Source: Promethearchaeota archaeon
Lineage (GTDB): Archaea > Asgardarchaeota > Heimdallarchaeia > Hodarchaeales > Hodarchaeaceae
Direction of reading: 5' to 3'
Length of the DNA: 64,000 bases
Assembly (NCBI GenBank): GCA_048938105.1
Contig: JBHLMN010000002.1
Location: 224,001 to 288,000 of the forward strand
Shown here: positions 10,125 to 20,900 of the stretch, one piece after another
Position numbering within the stretch: position 1 is the stretch's first letter
Layout of the letters: the number at the start of each line of letters is the position of its first letter
Notes under the pieces: model-generated
What the model saw: the letters and a program-made list of their open reading frames with translations, nothing else
Databases searched by the model: none
What the model was told of the DNA's origin: nothing
Translations under genes and position numbers: made by a program

Positions 10125-10436
10125 TTGAAAGTATCTTTAAAATTGAGATGTGAAATGACCGGACAAATTAGGATCATGTTCCACGCAACCTTTAGAGAGG
10201 TTACTGGGAAAAGAGAAATTGAAGAGAAGCTTGAAAAAAATCGTACAGTAAAATATTTTTTAGATAAACTAGCAAAAAAATATGGAAAAGAATTCAATGG
10301 AATAATTGATCCAAAAACAAACGAAATTTCTACTGAAGTTTTAATTATGATTAATGGAAGAGGTATCAGAACAACAGATATAATATTAAAAGATGAAGAT
10401 GTTTTAATAATATCACTTCCTCTTGGCGGTGGTTAA
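10125..10436 (+). CDS. moaD: MoaD/ThiS/SAMP-type ubiquitin-like sulfur carrier (start probably near 10155)
   Basis: F.ATFREVTGK, IMINGR, C-terminal GG; upstream of AOR. Confidence 0.8.
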   Translation: MKVSLKLRCEMTGQIRIMFHATFREVTGKREIEEKLEKNRTVKYFLDKLAKKYGKEFNGIIDPKTNEISTEVLIMINGRGIRTTDIILKDEDVLIISLPLGGG

Positions 10437-10464
10437 GAGAGAAAATTGAGTATGTGATTATGAT

Positions 10465-10608
10465 ATGAATGAAGTAAGATGTTTAAACTGTTTGAAACGA
10501 TTTGAGGTTCAACTAAAGGCTGATGAAGCTGCTTGTCCAAATTGTGGAACCCGATATAGAATCTCTTGGCCAAGACCAGACCAACCTAAAATACGTGGGT
10601 CCGCATAA
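10465..10608 (+). CDS. 47-aa zinc-ribbon microprotein
   Basis: Absent from the ORF track. MNEVRCLNCLKRFEVQLKADEAACPNCGTRYRISWPRPDQPKIRGSA*; two CxxC pairs; fills the moaD-aor gap. Confidence 0.75.
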   Translation: MNEVRCLNCLKRFEVQLKADEAACPNCGTRYRISWPRPDQPKIRGSA

Positions 10609-10629
10609 AAAGTACTTGAGGTAAAATTC

Positions 10630-12519
10630 ATGGTTTGGAAAAGGAACATCGCATATGTTGATTTATCTAAAGGAAAAGTCGAAAAAAATACGATACCAAA
10701 GTCACTTCGGAAACAATATTTAGGGGGTCGCGGGATCAATGCTTACTATTCATATAATCACATTTCACCTGGAATTGATCCTCTAGGCCCTAAAAATGCG
10801 TTACTTATTGGAACAGGATTACTCACTGGAGTTCCAGCTCTTGGTGCTGGTAGATGTGATATTGCAGCAAAGTCACCCTTAACAGGAGCAGTGGGAAACT
10901 CCAATATAGGAGGTTTCTTTGGTCTGGAGCTGAGATTGGCTGGTTTTGATAACTTAATTATTACTGGAAATGCCAAGAAACCTATTTACCTTTGGATAAA
11001 AGATGGAGAGATAGAAATCTTAGATGCAAGTCATCTTTGGGGAAATGACACCTTTGATACTCAAACTCAAATTCGTTCTGATCATAATGATGAGGAAATA
11101 AAGAGTATTGTCATAGGTGTTGCTGGAGAAAAACTTGTACGTTATGCCAATATTAGAACTGGGATGAAAAATTCTGCAGGACGAACAGGCATGGGATGTG
11201 TTATGGGTTCCAAGAATTTAAAGGCCATAGCTGTTCGTGGAACGAAAGATATTGAATTTACTTATCCAGAAGAATTATTGGAATATAGTTCACATATGAA
11301 CGATATGATTACTAGTACTCGTTGGGCACGGGCGCAATCAAAATGGGGTACGCTTATCATTTATAGTAACACCAATACCACAGGACTAATCCGAACTCGA
11401 AACTTCCAGAAAAATCTGTTAGAAGAAGGAGAAGACCTGGAGCCTGAAAATATGGACAAGTATACAATAGGTATGTCCAGTTGTTATGGTTGTAGTGTAC
11501 ACTGTCGTCATCGGTATGTATTGGAGGAAGGGCCTTATGCCCCTATTTTTGCAGAAGGACCTGAATATACCTCCCTTGGGGCTTTTGGAACAATGATCGA
11601 CTGTAAAAAAATGGAAACAGTATTAGTTGCTAATCACTTGGTAAATAAGTATGGTATAGACACACTAGAGGTTGGAGGACTATGCGCGTGGGCGATGGAA
11701 CTTTGGGAAAACGGAATCCTCACAAAAAAGATGACCGATGGATTAGAACTCGAATGGGGGGATGAGGAAGTTCTTTTCGAACTCATCCGCAAAATATCCT
11801 ATAGAGAAGGTTTTGGGGACCTACTCGCTGATGGTTTCAAGCCTGCAATAGCGAAAATTGGTAAAGGATCAGAATATTATGCGATGCAGATTAAAGGGAT
11901 GAGTAACTTACATTCAGACGAACGGCCGACTCCAAGCCTTGCCTTAGGAATAGCAACTGCGACAAGAGGAGCTGATCATCTAAGAAGTCGTCCCGCTATA
12001 GACCTTTATGGACTGCCTGAAAAACTCCTAGAGGAGATATATGGTGGCCCCGTTTCCTCAGACTATACTTCTTATGAGGGAAAAAGTCGTGAAGTTTGGT
12101 GGCAAGAACTTCTTTATGCAGTCACAGACTCAATTGGGGTATGTAAATTTCAGACTGTATTTTGTGCTGTGAATGCCCCAAAATGGGACGAATTCTCGAA
12201 GCTTATTTATCTAACTACAGGAATGGATTTGAAAAAGCCCCAACTAATGGAGATTGGAGAAAGAATTACAGCTATTGAACGGCTTTTCAATATTAGAGAG
12301 GGTTTTTCGAGAAAAGATGATATTTTACCTGAACGTTTTTTCAAAGAACCGACTCCCCTTGGATTTCCAATAGCAAAAGGTAAGAAAATTGATAGAGATA
12401 AATTCAAAGTGATGATAGACAAGTATTATTCTCTTCATAAATGGGATAACGCTGGAGTTCCCACCCCTGAAACCCTTCAAAGTCTCGGGTTAGACCTAGA
12501 ACAATCTCAAACAACTTGA
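10630..12519 (+). CDS. aor: Tungsten-dependent aldehyde:ferredoxin oxidoreductase family protein
   Basis: LGGRG, KSPLTG, AGRTGMGCVMGSKNLKAIAVRG, CYGCSVHC, GPEY, RGADH, DSIGVC. Confidence 0.9.
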   Translation: MVWKRNIAYVDLSKGKVEKNTIPKSLRKQYLGGRGINAYYSYNHISPGIDPLGPKNALLIGTGLLTGVPALGAGRCDIAAKSPLTGAVGNSNIGGFFGLELRLAGFDNLIITGNAKKPIYLWIKDGEIEILDASHLWGNDTFDTQTQIRSDHNDEEIKSIVIGVAGEKLVRYANIRTGMKNSAGRTGMGCVMGSKNLKAIAVRGTKDIEFTYPEELLEYSSHMNDMITSTRWARAQSKWGTLIIYSNTNTTGLIRTRNFQKNLLEEGEDLEPENMDKYTIGMSSCYGCSVHCRHRYVLEEGPYAPIFAEGPEYTSLGAFGTMIDCKKMETVLVANHLVNKYGIDTLEVGGLCAWAMELWENGILTKKMTDGLELEWGDEEVLFELIRKISYREGFGDLLADGFKPAIAKIGKGSEYYAMQIKGMSNLHSDERPTPSLALGIATATRGADHLRSRPAIDLYGLPEKLLEEIYGGPVSSDYTSYEGKSREVWWQELLYAVTDSIGVCKFQTVFCAVNAPKWDEFSKLIYLTTGMDLKKPQLMEIGERITAIERLFNIREGFSRKDDILPERFFKEPTPLGFPIAKGKKIDRDKFKVMIDKYYSLHKWDNAGVPTPETLQSLGLDLEQSQTT

Positions 12520-12535
12520 AATGGAGAAATAAGCT

Positions 12536-13021
12536 ATGCAAAAAATTCTATTTGTTGATCCTGAAAAATGTACAGGCTGCAGGATATGTGAAACAGTATG
12601 TTCTCTCCATCAAGAGAAAGTTGTAAATCCAGCACGATCGAGAATTCAAATAATTAAATGGGATAATGCTGGTATATACATCCCCATGATTTGTCAACAA
12701 TGTGAGACTGCACCATGTGAAACTGTTTGTCCCATGCGAGCTATTCATAGAGATAAAAATACAGGAGCACTACTTATTGATTATGATTTATGTGTAGGAT
12801 GCAAATTATGCGTTACTTTCTGTCCATTCGGAGGAGCAGGAATCGATATTGAAGGAAAAATAATTAAATGTGATCTTTGTAAGGGGAATCCTCAATGTGT
12901 AAGGAACTGTGAACCAAAAGCGTTACAGTATCTTGAGGCAAGTGCTATCAACTTGAGAAAAAGAAGAGTGGCAGCTGAAAATCTTTCAGAATTAATGAAG
13001 AAGATATTAATTGTCACTTGA
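12536..13021 (+). CDS. 4x[4Fe-4S] electron-transfer subunit (HydN/DmsB-like) of AOR
   Basis: CTGCRICETVC, CQQCETAPCETVCP, CVGCKLCVTFCPFG, KCDLC. Confidence 0.88.
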   Translation: MQKILFVDPEKCTGCRICETVCSLHQEKVVNPARSRIQIIKWDNAGIYIPMICQQCETAPCETVCPMRAIHRDKNTGALLIDYDLCVGCKLCVTFCPFGGAGIDIEGKIIKCDLCKGNPQCVRNCEPKALQYLEASAINLRKRRVAAENLSELMKKILIVT

Positions 13022-13051
13022 ATAAAAATCGATAATAGAGAGAGGACTGAA

Positions 13052-13444
13052 GTGAATAGCCGATCAAAACCCCAAATTCGGATGAAAATTAATTCTGAAT
13101 ACTGGGATATCATCCTTATAGGCCCTAGTCCAAAAACAGGAAATAAAATTTTAAATCTTCTCCCAATAGAAAGTGATGTAAGAACTTGGGGAGAAGAAAT
13201 TTACTTTACTATACCTTTAAGTCTTCCTGAAGAAAATGCAAGGAGCGTTGTGGAATTAGGGGATGTTGCATATTGGCCAGAGGGGGAGTGCTTTTGTGTA
13301 TTCTTCGGAATGACCCCTCTAACATCGTCATTAGATGAAATCAAACCTGCCTCCCCTGTAAATGTTTTTGGGAAAGTCATTGGTGATCTGGAAAAACTTA
13401 AGTCCATTAAACCAGGTGTAAAAGCATTTCTAGAACAGATTTAG
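13052..13444 (+). CDS. Cyclophilin-like fold protein (DUF369/TM1367 type)
   Basis: [34 protein letters not shown]. Confidence 0.8.
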   Translation: MNSRSKPQIRMKINSEYWDIILIGPSPKTGNKILNLLPIESDVRTWGEEIYFTIPLSLPEENARSVVELGDVAYWPEGECFCVFFGMTPLTSSLDEIKPASPVNVFGKVIGDLEKLKSIKPGVKAFLEQI

Positions 13445-13675
13445 AATACAGGTTTTCATCTGAAAATAAATTAGCTTGTCTTTTTATATATAGATTTGAT
13501 TGGAAACCGTTACCTGATTCTGAATGGGACTAGTATCTTTAGATAAAAATCCCAAATAAATGTATTAGAAACTAGGATACAAATATACTTTTATACTTGT
13601 ATAATTCCTAACATGAGTAAGGAAAAAAGCTCAAAATTAAGAGTTTTCATGGTAATATTAGTTAAAGTGAGGTAA

Positions 13676-13939
13676 ATGACAACAGTACGATTAAATAAAG
13701 ATGATGAAGATCTTTTAGAAAGATTAAGGGCTCGATATATTTTAATGGGGAAAAAAATGACAAAAAAGGAGATCTTAGGACAGTTAATTAGACAAGAAGC
13801 AAAAAAATTTGAAGAAGAAGTAATTAATCATGATTTGCTAGAATTAGAAAAGGATATTGCTTGGAAATTACTCCAGAAACCATTAAAATGGGGTATTAAA
13901 GACACTTCTACAACAGTAGATGAATATCTCTATCAGTGA
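13676..13939 (+). CDS. Putative antitoxin (VapB-like, RHH-type N-terminus)
   Basis: MTTVRL N-terminus, DTSTTVDEYLY C-terminus; 9 nt upstream of a PIN gene. Confidence 0.7.
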   Translation: MTTVRLNKDDEDLLERLRARYILMGKKMTKKEILGQLIRQEAKKFEEEVINHDLLELEKDIAWKLLQKPLKWGIKDTSTTVDEYLYQ

Positions 13940-13948
13940 GGGATTTTC

Positions 13949-14359
13949 ATGGTTGTTTTCTTAGATACTGGGTTCATTCTTGCTATACGTAATTTTGATG
14001 ATATAAATCATATTAAGGCAACCGAAATCATGAGAGAATGTTTATCAGGTAAATATGGCAGAATAATTGTTTCAAATTTCGTATTCGATGAAACTGTTAC
14101 CTTAACACTTGTGAGAACTCATAATAAACACCTTGTTAAAGATATTGGGGACTATATTCTTAATTCGCCGCGAATTATTTTACTTCATTTAAGTGAAACA
14201 GAATTTTTAGCTACATGGGAGCTATTCCTCAAATACTTCGAAAATGGACTTTCATTTACTGATTGCTCCCTTTTGGTTATGGGAAAGCTCTTCGAGAGTA
14301 ATGTTTACATTGCTACTTTTGATACACATTTTAAGGGACTCCTTACCATAATTGAATGA
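13949..14359 (+). CDS. vapC: PIN-domain VapC toxin
   Basis: VFLDTG, VFDETVT, LSFTDC, IATFD.HF acidic tetrad. Confidence 0.9.
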   Translation: MVVFLDTGFILAIRNFDDINHIKATEIMRECLSGKYGRIIVSNFVFDETVTLTLVRTHNKHLVKDIGDYILNSPRIILLHLSETEFLATWELFLKYFENGLSFTDCSLLVMGKLFESNVYIATFDTHFKGLLTIIE

Positions 14360-14564
14360 TTTTTATATAACAGATGTGCAATATTCAACGAAAGATGACA
14401 GAGATAGATTGTTTAACCATCCTCCAAGGATTCCATTCGGAAGTATGAGTTGTTTCATGTTTTTTAATACTCTCATTTTTTATTCATGTCATTGAATCTT
14501 AGTTAATAGACATAATCCATATCAATATCAGTATTTTGATCAATACAGATGTTTTAACCTCGAT

Positions 14565-15401
14565 TTAAGCTTCATGATCCCCAAAAACCCAGAAATATTC
14601 TTCTGATGTTCTTTCAAAGCCTATTTTCTCTGCAAGTTTGATACTACCTTGATTATCTTTATTACTATGCCATCCTACTGTGATGTTATTATTTTGACAA
14701 TAATCAACAAATGCTGCTACTGTGAGAGTAGCGAAGCCTTTCTTTTGGTGCGTTTCAACTGTTTGAACCCAAGCTTCACAGGAATGGTCATGTACAAAAG
14801 AAAGGCACCAACTTATAATTTCTAATTCACTAGATAACAAACAATAACCAAAGTTCCCTTTCCTTAGAAATTCTTCCGTAGATCCAGCAATATCCTCAAT
14901 TTCAATCATAAGAGAATTTAAATTCTTAAAGTTCTTATTTCTCAACAGTTGATTGTCAATAAATTTCATTTGAAAATAAGGAGGAATTTGCTGCTCCCAA
15001 TCACCACTCCGAAATGTTTTTAGAACGTAATAACAGCGTGGAATTGTACTTAGATGTGATTTTTCTGTTATAATTTCTTTTTCCATTATTACAGTTTTCC
15101 AGGTTTCTGAACATATCAGAAAATATTGCTTAATACCACGACTCAACGCATTTGGGGCAATTTCCTTAGTAAATAGTTTCCTGAGATCTATATTAAACTC
15201 ATAGTTATCTTCCCTTCCAGCAAGATAATATGAATAACGTATATCCCAAATTAATGCTGATTTCGGATCGTTTTCATTATCTACCCATATTCTTCCGGGA
15301 ATTGCAGCATCAATTATCGCATCAATAGCCAAATGGAATTTCAATGGATTTACAAGAGTTCTGACTCGCACATACTTATTCTTCTTGAGTTCTACTATCA
15401 T
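14565..15401 (-). CDS. GNAT-family acetyltransferase
   Basis: IISWCLS, TVETHQKKGFAT, NQGSIKLAEKIGF. Confidence 0.8.
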   Translation of the reverse strand: MIVELKKNKYVRVRTLVNPLKFHLAIDAIIDAAIPGRIWVDNENDPKSALIWDIRYSYYLAGREDNYEFNIDLRKLFTKEIAPNALSRGIKQYFLICSETWKTVIMEKEIITEKSHLSTIPRCYYVLKTFRSGDWEQQIPPYFQMKFIDNQLLRNKNFKNLNSLMIEIEDIAGSTEEFLRKGNFGYCLLSSELEIISWCLSFVHDHSCEAWVQTVETHQKKGFATLTVAAFVDYCQNNNITVGWHSNKDNQGSIKLAEKIGFERTSEEYFWVFGDHEA

Positions 15402-15473
15402 TGTATTGCATCTCCTGAATGTTTTTCTAAGGAAACCTAGATGTAAAGGATGTCTATCATGACTAAAAGAAAT

Positions 15474-15712
15474 CTATTTTCTTGTTAATACATTTACTTC
15501 AGAAAATGTTTTATATCTTATAAATTTATTTTTTGATGGGTAATTTGGTTTATTTTTTCGTTTATTGCGTCGTGCGATTTTTTTCATCATGGGTTTACTC
15601 CATTGCTTCGAATAATAATTAGGGCATTTTTTGGTCGGTTAACACGGGGAATCTAATGATGATTACATCTTAATCAAACAAGGCCGGATAATGAAAATGT
15701 TAATTGATTCAT
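15474..15712 (-). pseudogene. Decayed small zinc-ribbon gene with basic tail
   Basis: MNQLTFSLSGLV*LRCNHH*IPRVNRPK[-1 nt]CPNYYSKQWSKP... fits the CxRCxHxW.PR...P..CPxCxS..W pattern, with stops at Cys/Trp positions and one frameshift. Confidence 0.6.
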
Positions 15713-16184
15713 GGGTTTTTATCCCTCACACCATTATGATGAATATCTAAGAGGACACTAACATGAGTTATTTATAAAATTTCTGGTTCTACTGACCCCA
15801 TCATCAATTTACAAACTATTAATAATTGTATTCCGTTTTTACTCTTGATAGATTAAATTAACCACCAAAAGATTCGTTTCGGTAAAATAAACCTTTCGAA
15901 CATAGAAATATACAATTCATTGGTAAGAATTAGCGTTGTTGTGTAGTTCCTGTATATCTAAACGGCTTATTTTACTAATTTTTAAATTTAGAATGAAGTC
16001 ATTTTGAAGTCAATTTTGAGTATAACCAACGATAGACGCCATTGAAAATCATAATGTTACACAAAAAATTCATTACTCCATAACTGACCATTGAAGAAGA
16101 GGAGATTACACTTAGAGGGATTAGATTAGCTGTTTGACTTTAGGCTGCGAATAATCTTCTTTAAGAAAGAGAATTTCTATTGCA

Positions 16185-16748
16185 TTAAGCTTGTTCTGTG
16201 TCTTTGAGTTGTTTGAGCTGTTGATAAATCGTATCAGGATCTTTAATGTCACGTAGAATCATTCCTCCGAGACTTCCTCGCATCCCAATCATGGGAATCA
16301 TCATACCCTTTGTCGTTAAGAAAATAGATCCTAAATTATATCGCTTTTGTAAAACCCCTTTACGTAAATAGATCTCCGAGACATCCACAAATTTGATAGT
16401 TTTTTGTTCTACGGTAAAGAGCCCCTCAAAATACTCAATACGGTTAGGAAAAATACGATACTCGATATGACTAATCGTGGTATTTCGGTACCAAATGGAA
16501 AGAATTATCCCTAACAGAAAAAAGCCAATGGTACCCCCGATAAACATCATCGTTGTGGTAGAATCCGCAGTACCACCAATAGTTGGTTGACCACTCGCTA
16601 TCAAGGTCACCATCAACACACCTATTCCCCCAAATAAACCCAGAAAGATGGCGATAGGTATTGATTTTAATAATCCAATTAATTTTAGGAATTTGGGTTT
16701 TAAGATTACGAGTGGTTTTTCAGAATTGCCCTGAATTGAAGATTTCAT
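16185..16748 (-). CDS. Membrane protein with bacterial PH (bPH_2) domain
   Basis: Two TM helices then YRIFPNRIEYFEGLF...LQKRYNLGSIFL. Confidence 0.75.
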   Translation of the reverse strand: MKSSIQGNSEKPLVILKPKFLKLIGLLKSIPIAIFLGLFGGIGVLMVTLIASGQPTIGGTADSTTTMMFIGGTIGFFLLGIILSIWYRNTTISHIEYRIFPNRIEYFEGLFTVEQKTIKFVDVSEIYLRKGVLQKRYNLGSIFLTTKGMMIPMIGMRGSLGGMILRDIKDPDTIYQQLKQLKDTEQA

Positions 16749-16988
16749 ATAACAAACCTCTATTGATTAAATTACGATATTTTTAATCGTCCCACTTTAA
16801 AAAGATATGGAATTCAAACACAAGTCATATTCTTAACTTCAGAAATATGAGTCTAATTCAAAATTATGGGAGTATAAGGAGATTTATGGGCAAAACCAGC
16901 GTTTAAGGAGCGTGCTTTATTTCTTGTAAATATCCATTGAAAATTCAGAGTAAAATCACTTTAAATGCGAGAAATACTTTCTATGCTG

Positions 16989-17654
16989 TCAAATGCTATA
17001 TCGGATTTGAGTGTCACGGATGTAGATCGAAAGTTCGGCTGACAGTTTAGTTAAAAGCGTATGAGCTTGAGCAGATAACCCTAATCCAGTTATTATATTA
17101 AGAGAAAGACTATTTAATAGATCAACCACGAAGAAATCATTTAAAATAGTTTCTAACCAGTGTAAGAAGAAAAGCTGGAAAGGAGGTCTATTAGAAGTAA
17201 ACCATACGGCATTTCTGAGATCCATTTTATATAATTGTCGCATCATAAGTAATCGAAGCTGACGGTTTTTTCCAAAATGAGTGTGATAATCTTGGGCATG
17301 TTCCAGATGTCTTTGTTTAAGATCTGTAAGTTTAATATTCAATTCCCCTGTTATTCCCCTTATTACCTCAGATATCTTGAAACGAATTAAATAAGCTTGT
17401 TCGATAGAATCAAGTAGGCTTCGGAAAAGTCTTTTTAAGTCATGAATTGCTTCACTGGTTGAATTTGCATCATTTCGAAAAATACATCCCCCAAATAATA
17501 TAAGTGGTTCGCGATCAGGAAATTGATTTTGGTAATATAAATAAGTTCTTGGTTTTTCAATGATGCCCATCTTACTCAATTTTCTCTTCTTGGTTAAACT
17601 TTTGAAGCTATCTAAATAATTCATTAGCAAGTTGGTAGATATTTTCTGAGACAT
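16989..17654 (-). CDS. Hypothetical protein
   Basis: 221-aa ORF, divergent from the large surface-protein gene; no motif recognised. Confidence 0.6.
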   Translation of the reverse strand: MSQKISTNLLMNYLDSFKSLTKKRKLSKMGIIEKPRTYLYYQNQFPDREPLILFGGCIFRNDANSTSEAIHDLKRLFRSLLDSIEQAYLIRFKISEVIRGITGELNIKLTDLKQRHLEHAQDYHTHFGKNRQLRLLMMRQLYKMDLRNAVWFTSNRPPFQLFFLHWLETILNDFFVVDLLNSLSLNIITGLGLSAQAHTLLTKLSAELSIYIRDTQIRYSI

Positions 17655-17939
17655 TTTGAATAATTAATTCAATATTAAGAGTGAAAAAATAAGAAATGGA
17701 AATTATATCTTCAATCTGTTTTCTTAATAGATTAGAATATTACAAACATACATCATTATCATATGATAATGATGTGTATTATTAAATTATCTTTATAATT
17801 GAAAAATACCTCTTAATTAATGACACTTTTTGTCTATTTATTTCGCTTTTGAATATCTGAATATTATATCAAATAGTGCACAGGACAATATGGTCAGAAG
17901 AATTCGTCATTGAAATGAGTAAAGATGGAGTATTAATCT

Positions 17940-20900
17940 GTGGGTCATCTCAAAAAGATCGTTATGTGTCTTCTAATTCTTATTCCTATGACAAACTTAA
18001 CATTCCTCTTCTCCCCACTTTGTATAAAGACATTAGAATCTTTAAATGTCTATTCAGGTACCAATTATAATAACTCTATTTTGAATGACAATAAACAAGA
18101 AATGTTTCAATTTGTACCTGAATTGAGAAATAAATCGCTAATTTCGTCAGCTGAAAAGAGACCTAGCTATAATTTAGATAGTAACTTCAATCTAACCATA
18201 TTAAAACCTATTAATAATGGCACAAAATCAGAAATTCCATCTGAAAATCCTCTGGGAGTTATTCATTGGCAATTAGTCTCTGATGATAATGATAGTTCTT
18301 TTATTATTGAGAATTATTCTACAGCTACTTCTTATACAGATACATACCAATCCCAAAATATCACTGGTATCTCTGGTATTATCAACTCTGTATCATTAAA
18401 TATACGCGTTCGAACTAGTATGTCTTTTGCTAATGCTCGAGCTTGGACAGTATTACACACATATGATAAAGAATTCATTGGATCTTTGAATGAACCATCT
18501 ACTAGTTGGAATAATTATTCAACGAATTATCTGACTAATCCCAATACTTTATCAAAATGGACATGGGATGAAGTCAATACAATGGAGGTAGGAGTAAGGT
18601 TACGAGCGTTACCACAGCAAGATAGAGAATGTTGGTGTTCTGAAGTCTGGATTGAAGTTAATTATACCCAAATAAATGATGTAGATCCTCCATTAATTAT
18701 AGATCACGGAGTAGATGATTTGGGGAATGGTACAGGCATTTTTTGGGCTGATATTAGAGACGATTTATCTAGTGTGGATACAGCATATATCTCAATTAAT
18801 GGTACCGAACATTCAATGATAAATAACGGATCGTGTTGGTTATTTCAAACCTCAGTTTTGTTTAAGAAATATTATCAATTTCAAATTACGAATTCTTCAG
18901 ATTCCAATGGGAATTATATTGACTCTCCTTCAAACCCTAAGTATTATTCATTTGACAAGGACATCGTTACTCCTGTCATAGATACTCCAGTCTATTGTCC
19001 AACACTTGGGGATAATGGGACCTTCAAAGTAAATGTAAGCGACCCTTGGGGGGAATTAGATACTGTAATTATCAATGTTACTATTGCTGCAGGTGTACCA
19101 CAACAAAATTTATGGTGTGTAATGGAAAATACAGACTTTGGATATATGACTAATGCTTTGATAATTAACAAAGGTATTTTTCATTATTTTATAATTGCTA
19201 ATGACACAAAAGAGAATATAGGTATTTCTAATGAAATAATTTCAAATGTACCAAATCATTTCCCTGAAATTACAGATCTACAACTTTCAAGCGATAAAGA
19301 TCATTATAAGGATCTTATTCATAGTAATGATACTCTTTATGTTCAATATAATTTTTATGATCGTGACGGTGACAATGAAGGAGGGACTGAAATACACTGG
19401 TATAAAAACGGCGTTCTACAGCCCCTTCACAATGATTCTCGCCAAATTCCAGCCTCTTATTTGGTTAAAAATGATCAGTGGTTTGTTACAGTTAAACCAA
19501 GGGATGGATATAATTATGGGATTGAGCTAACTTCTAACACCACATTAATTCTTAATGTTCCTCCAAGGGTGTACAATTATTCATATGTTTTTAATTCAAA
19601 TTGCAGTAATATTTTTCCAGATTTAAGATCTACTTTATCAGGACAAGTTTTCTTTATCGAAGATGAGATTATTTCACTTCTATATGAGTTTGAGGATAGT
19701 GATCAACCTATAGATTCTGATCAATCAAGGATTCAATGGTTCTGCAGATTAGAAACTAGTGAATGGGAGGAAGTCTTAGATTATCAAAATAAAACATCTA
19801 TACCCCCCTCTGAAATATTAGTAGGGGAGTACTGGAAGTGTAAAATCACTCCTTATGATGGTATCGATCTTGGAAAAAGTGTCGATCTGAATGAAATTTT
19901 GATCGAAAGTCGTCCAGATATTTTGAGTCACAATGTACAACCTATAATAATTGATGACAAGGGTAATTTCCTTGATGAAGGAAATTTTAGATTTCAGGTA
20001 GTAACATCCAGTCTAAACCCAATTATTAGTGTAGAATTCTTAATTAATGATTCTTCAGGAGTTATTTATTATGCTCAAAGAAGTCCAAATAATGATTCAA
20101 TGTGGATTTTAGATTACAACTTACCCCTAAACGAATTTTGTGATAATTATCTAGCAAAAACTCTCATAACCAAAGTAAGAGTGTGTAGTTTTCTAGATTA
20201 TCAAGACCAAGAGTATATGATATATGCTGATTATACCTTTTCTTTTCAAGTTGAAGACAGATGCCCCCCTCGTGTTGTTGGGAATCCAAGTATTATCTTT
20301 AATGATAACATTAATCCTACCAATATAACATTTCTTTCAAATATAGTCGATTATGGATCTAAAATTGAATCTGTATGTCTTTACTACTATTTTAGAGAAA
20401 TTAATGAAAATGAAATAACATTAGCCGGTAGTGGTGCTTGTTTTCAACAAAATGACATTGTAGAATGGCAGGCTGTAAATATGTCACTCCTCTCAGTCAA
20501 TATGACCAATAATATTCATACATATTCTGTAACTGTCCCATTTGAGCATAATAATACATCTAAAGCAATAATTTTCTGTATTAAAACCACTGATAGCAGT
20601 GGTAACACTGGAATTCCTTTTAATATACTTAATGATACAGATAGGATCATAGAATTTCATTTTGAAAAAGAAACCATGCAATTTGATCCAATATTAATCG
20701 CAATAATTATTGGTTTCTCAATTATCTTAACAATTATTGGATCAATAATATACTTCAGAATCTTCAGGAAACCTGAATTGATTGGTTTGGATAAAGAATT
20801 AGTACTTAATCAAATCTCTGAAGTTAGTGAATCAGAAACACTGGAATTCCTTGATATTCATACAATCGGGATAGTAATAGCTTTTTTTGATCAGCAACGT

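Noticed and set aside
10630-12519. AOR as BamB (class II benzoyl-CoA reductase)
   Set aside because: It has the ordinary AOR GPEY motif rather than the BamB Cys-ligand segment, and no bamDE-type genes are present
15780-16180. Possible further gene relic
   Set aside because: No recognisable frame or motif on either strand
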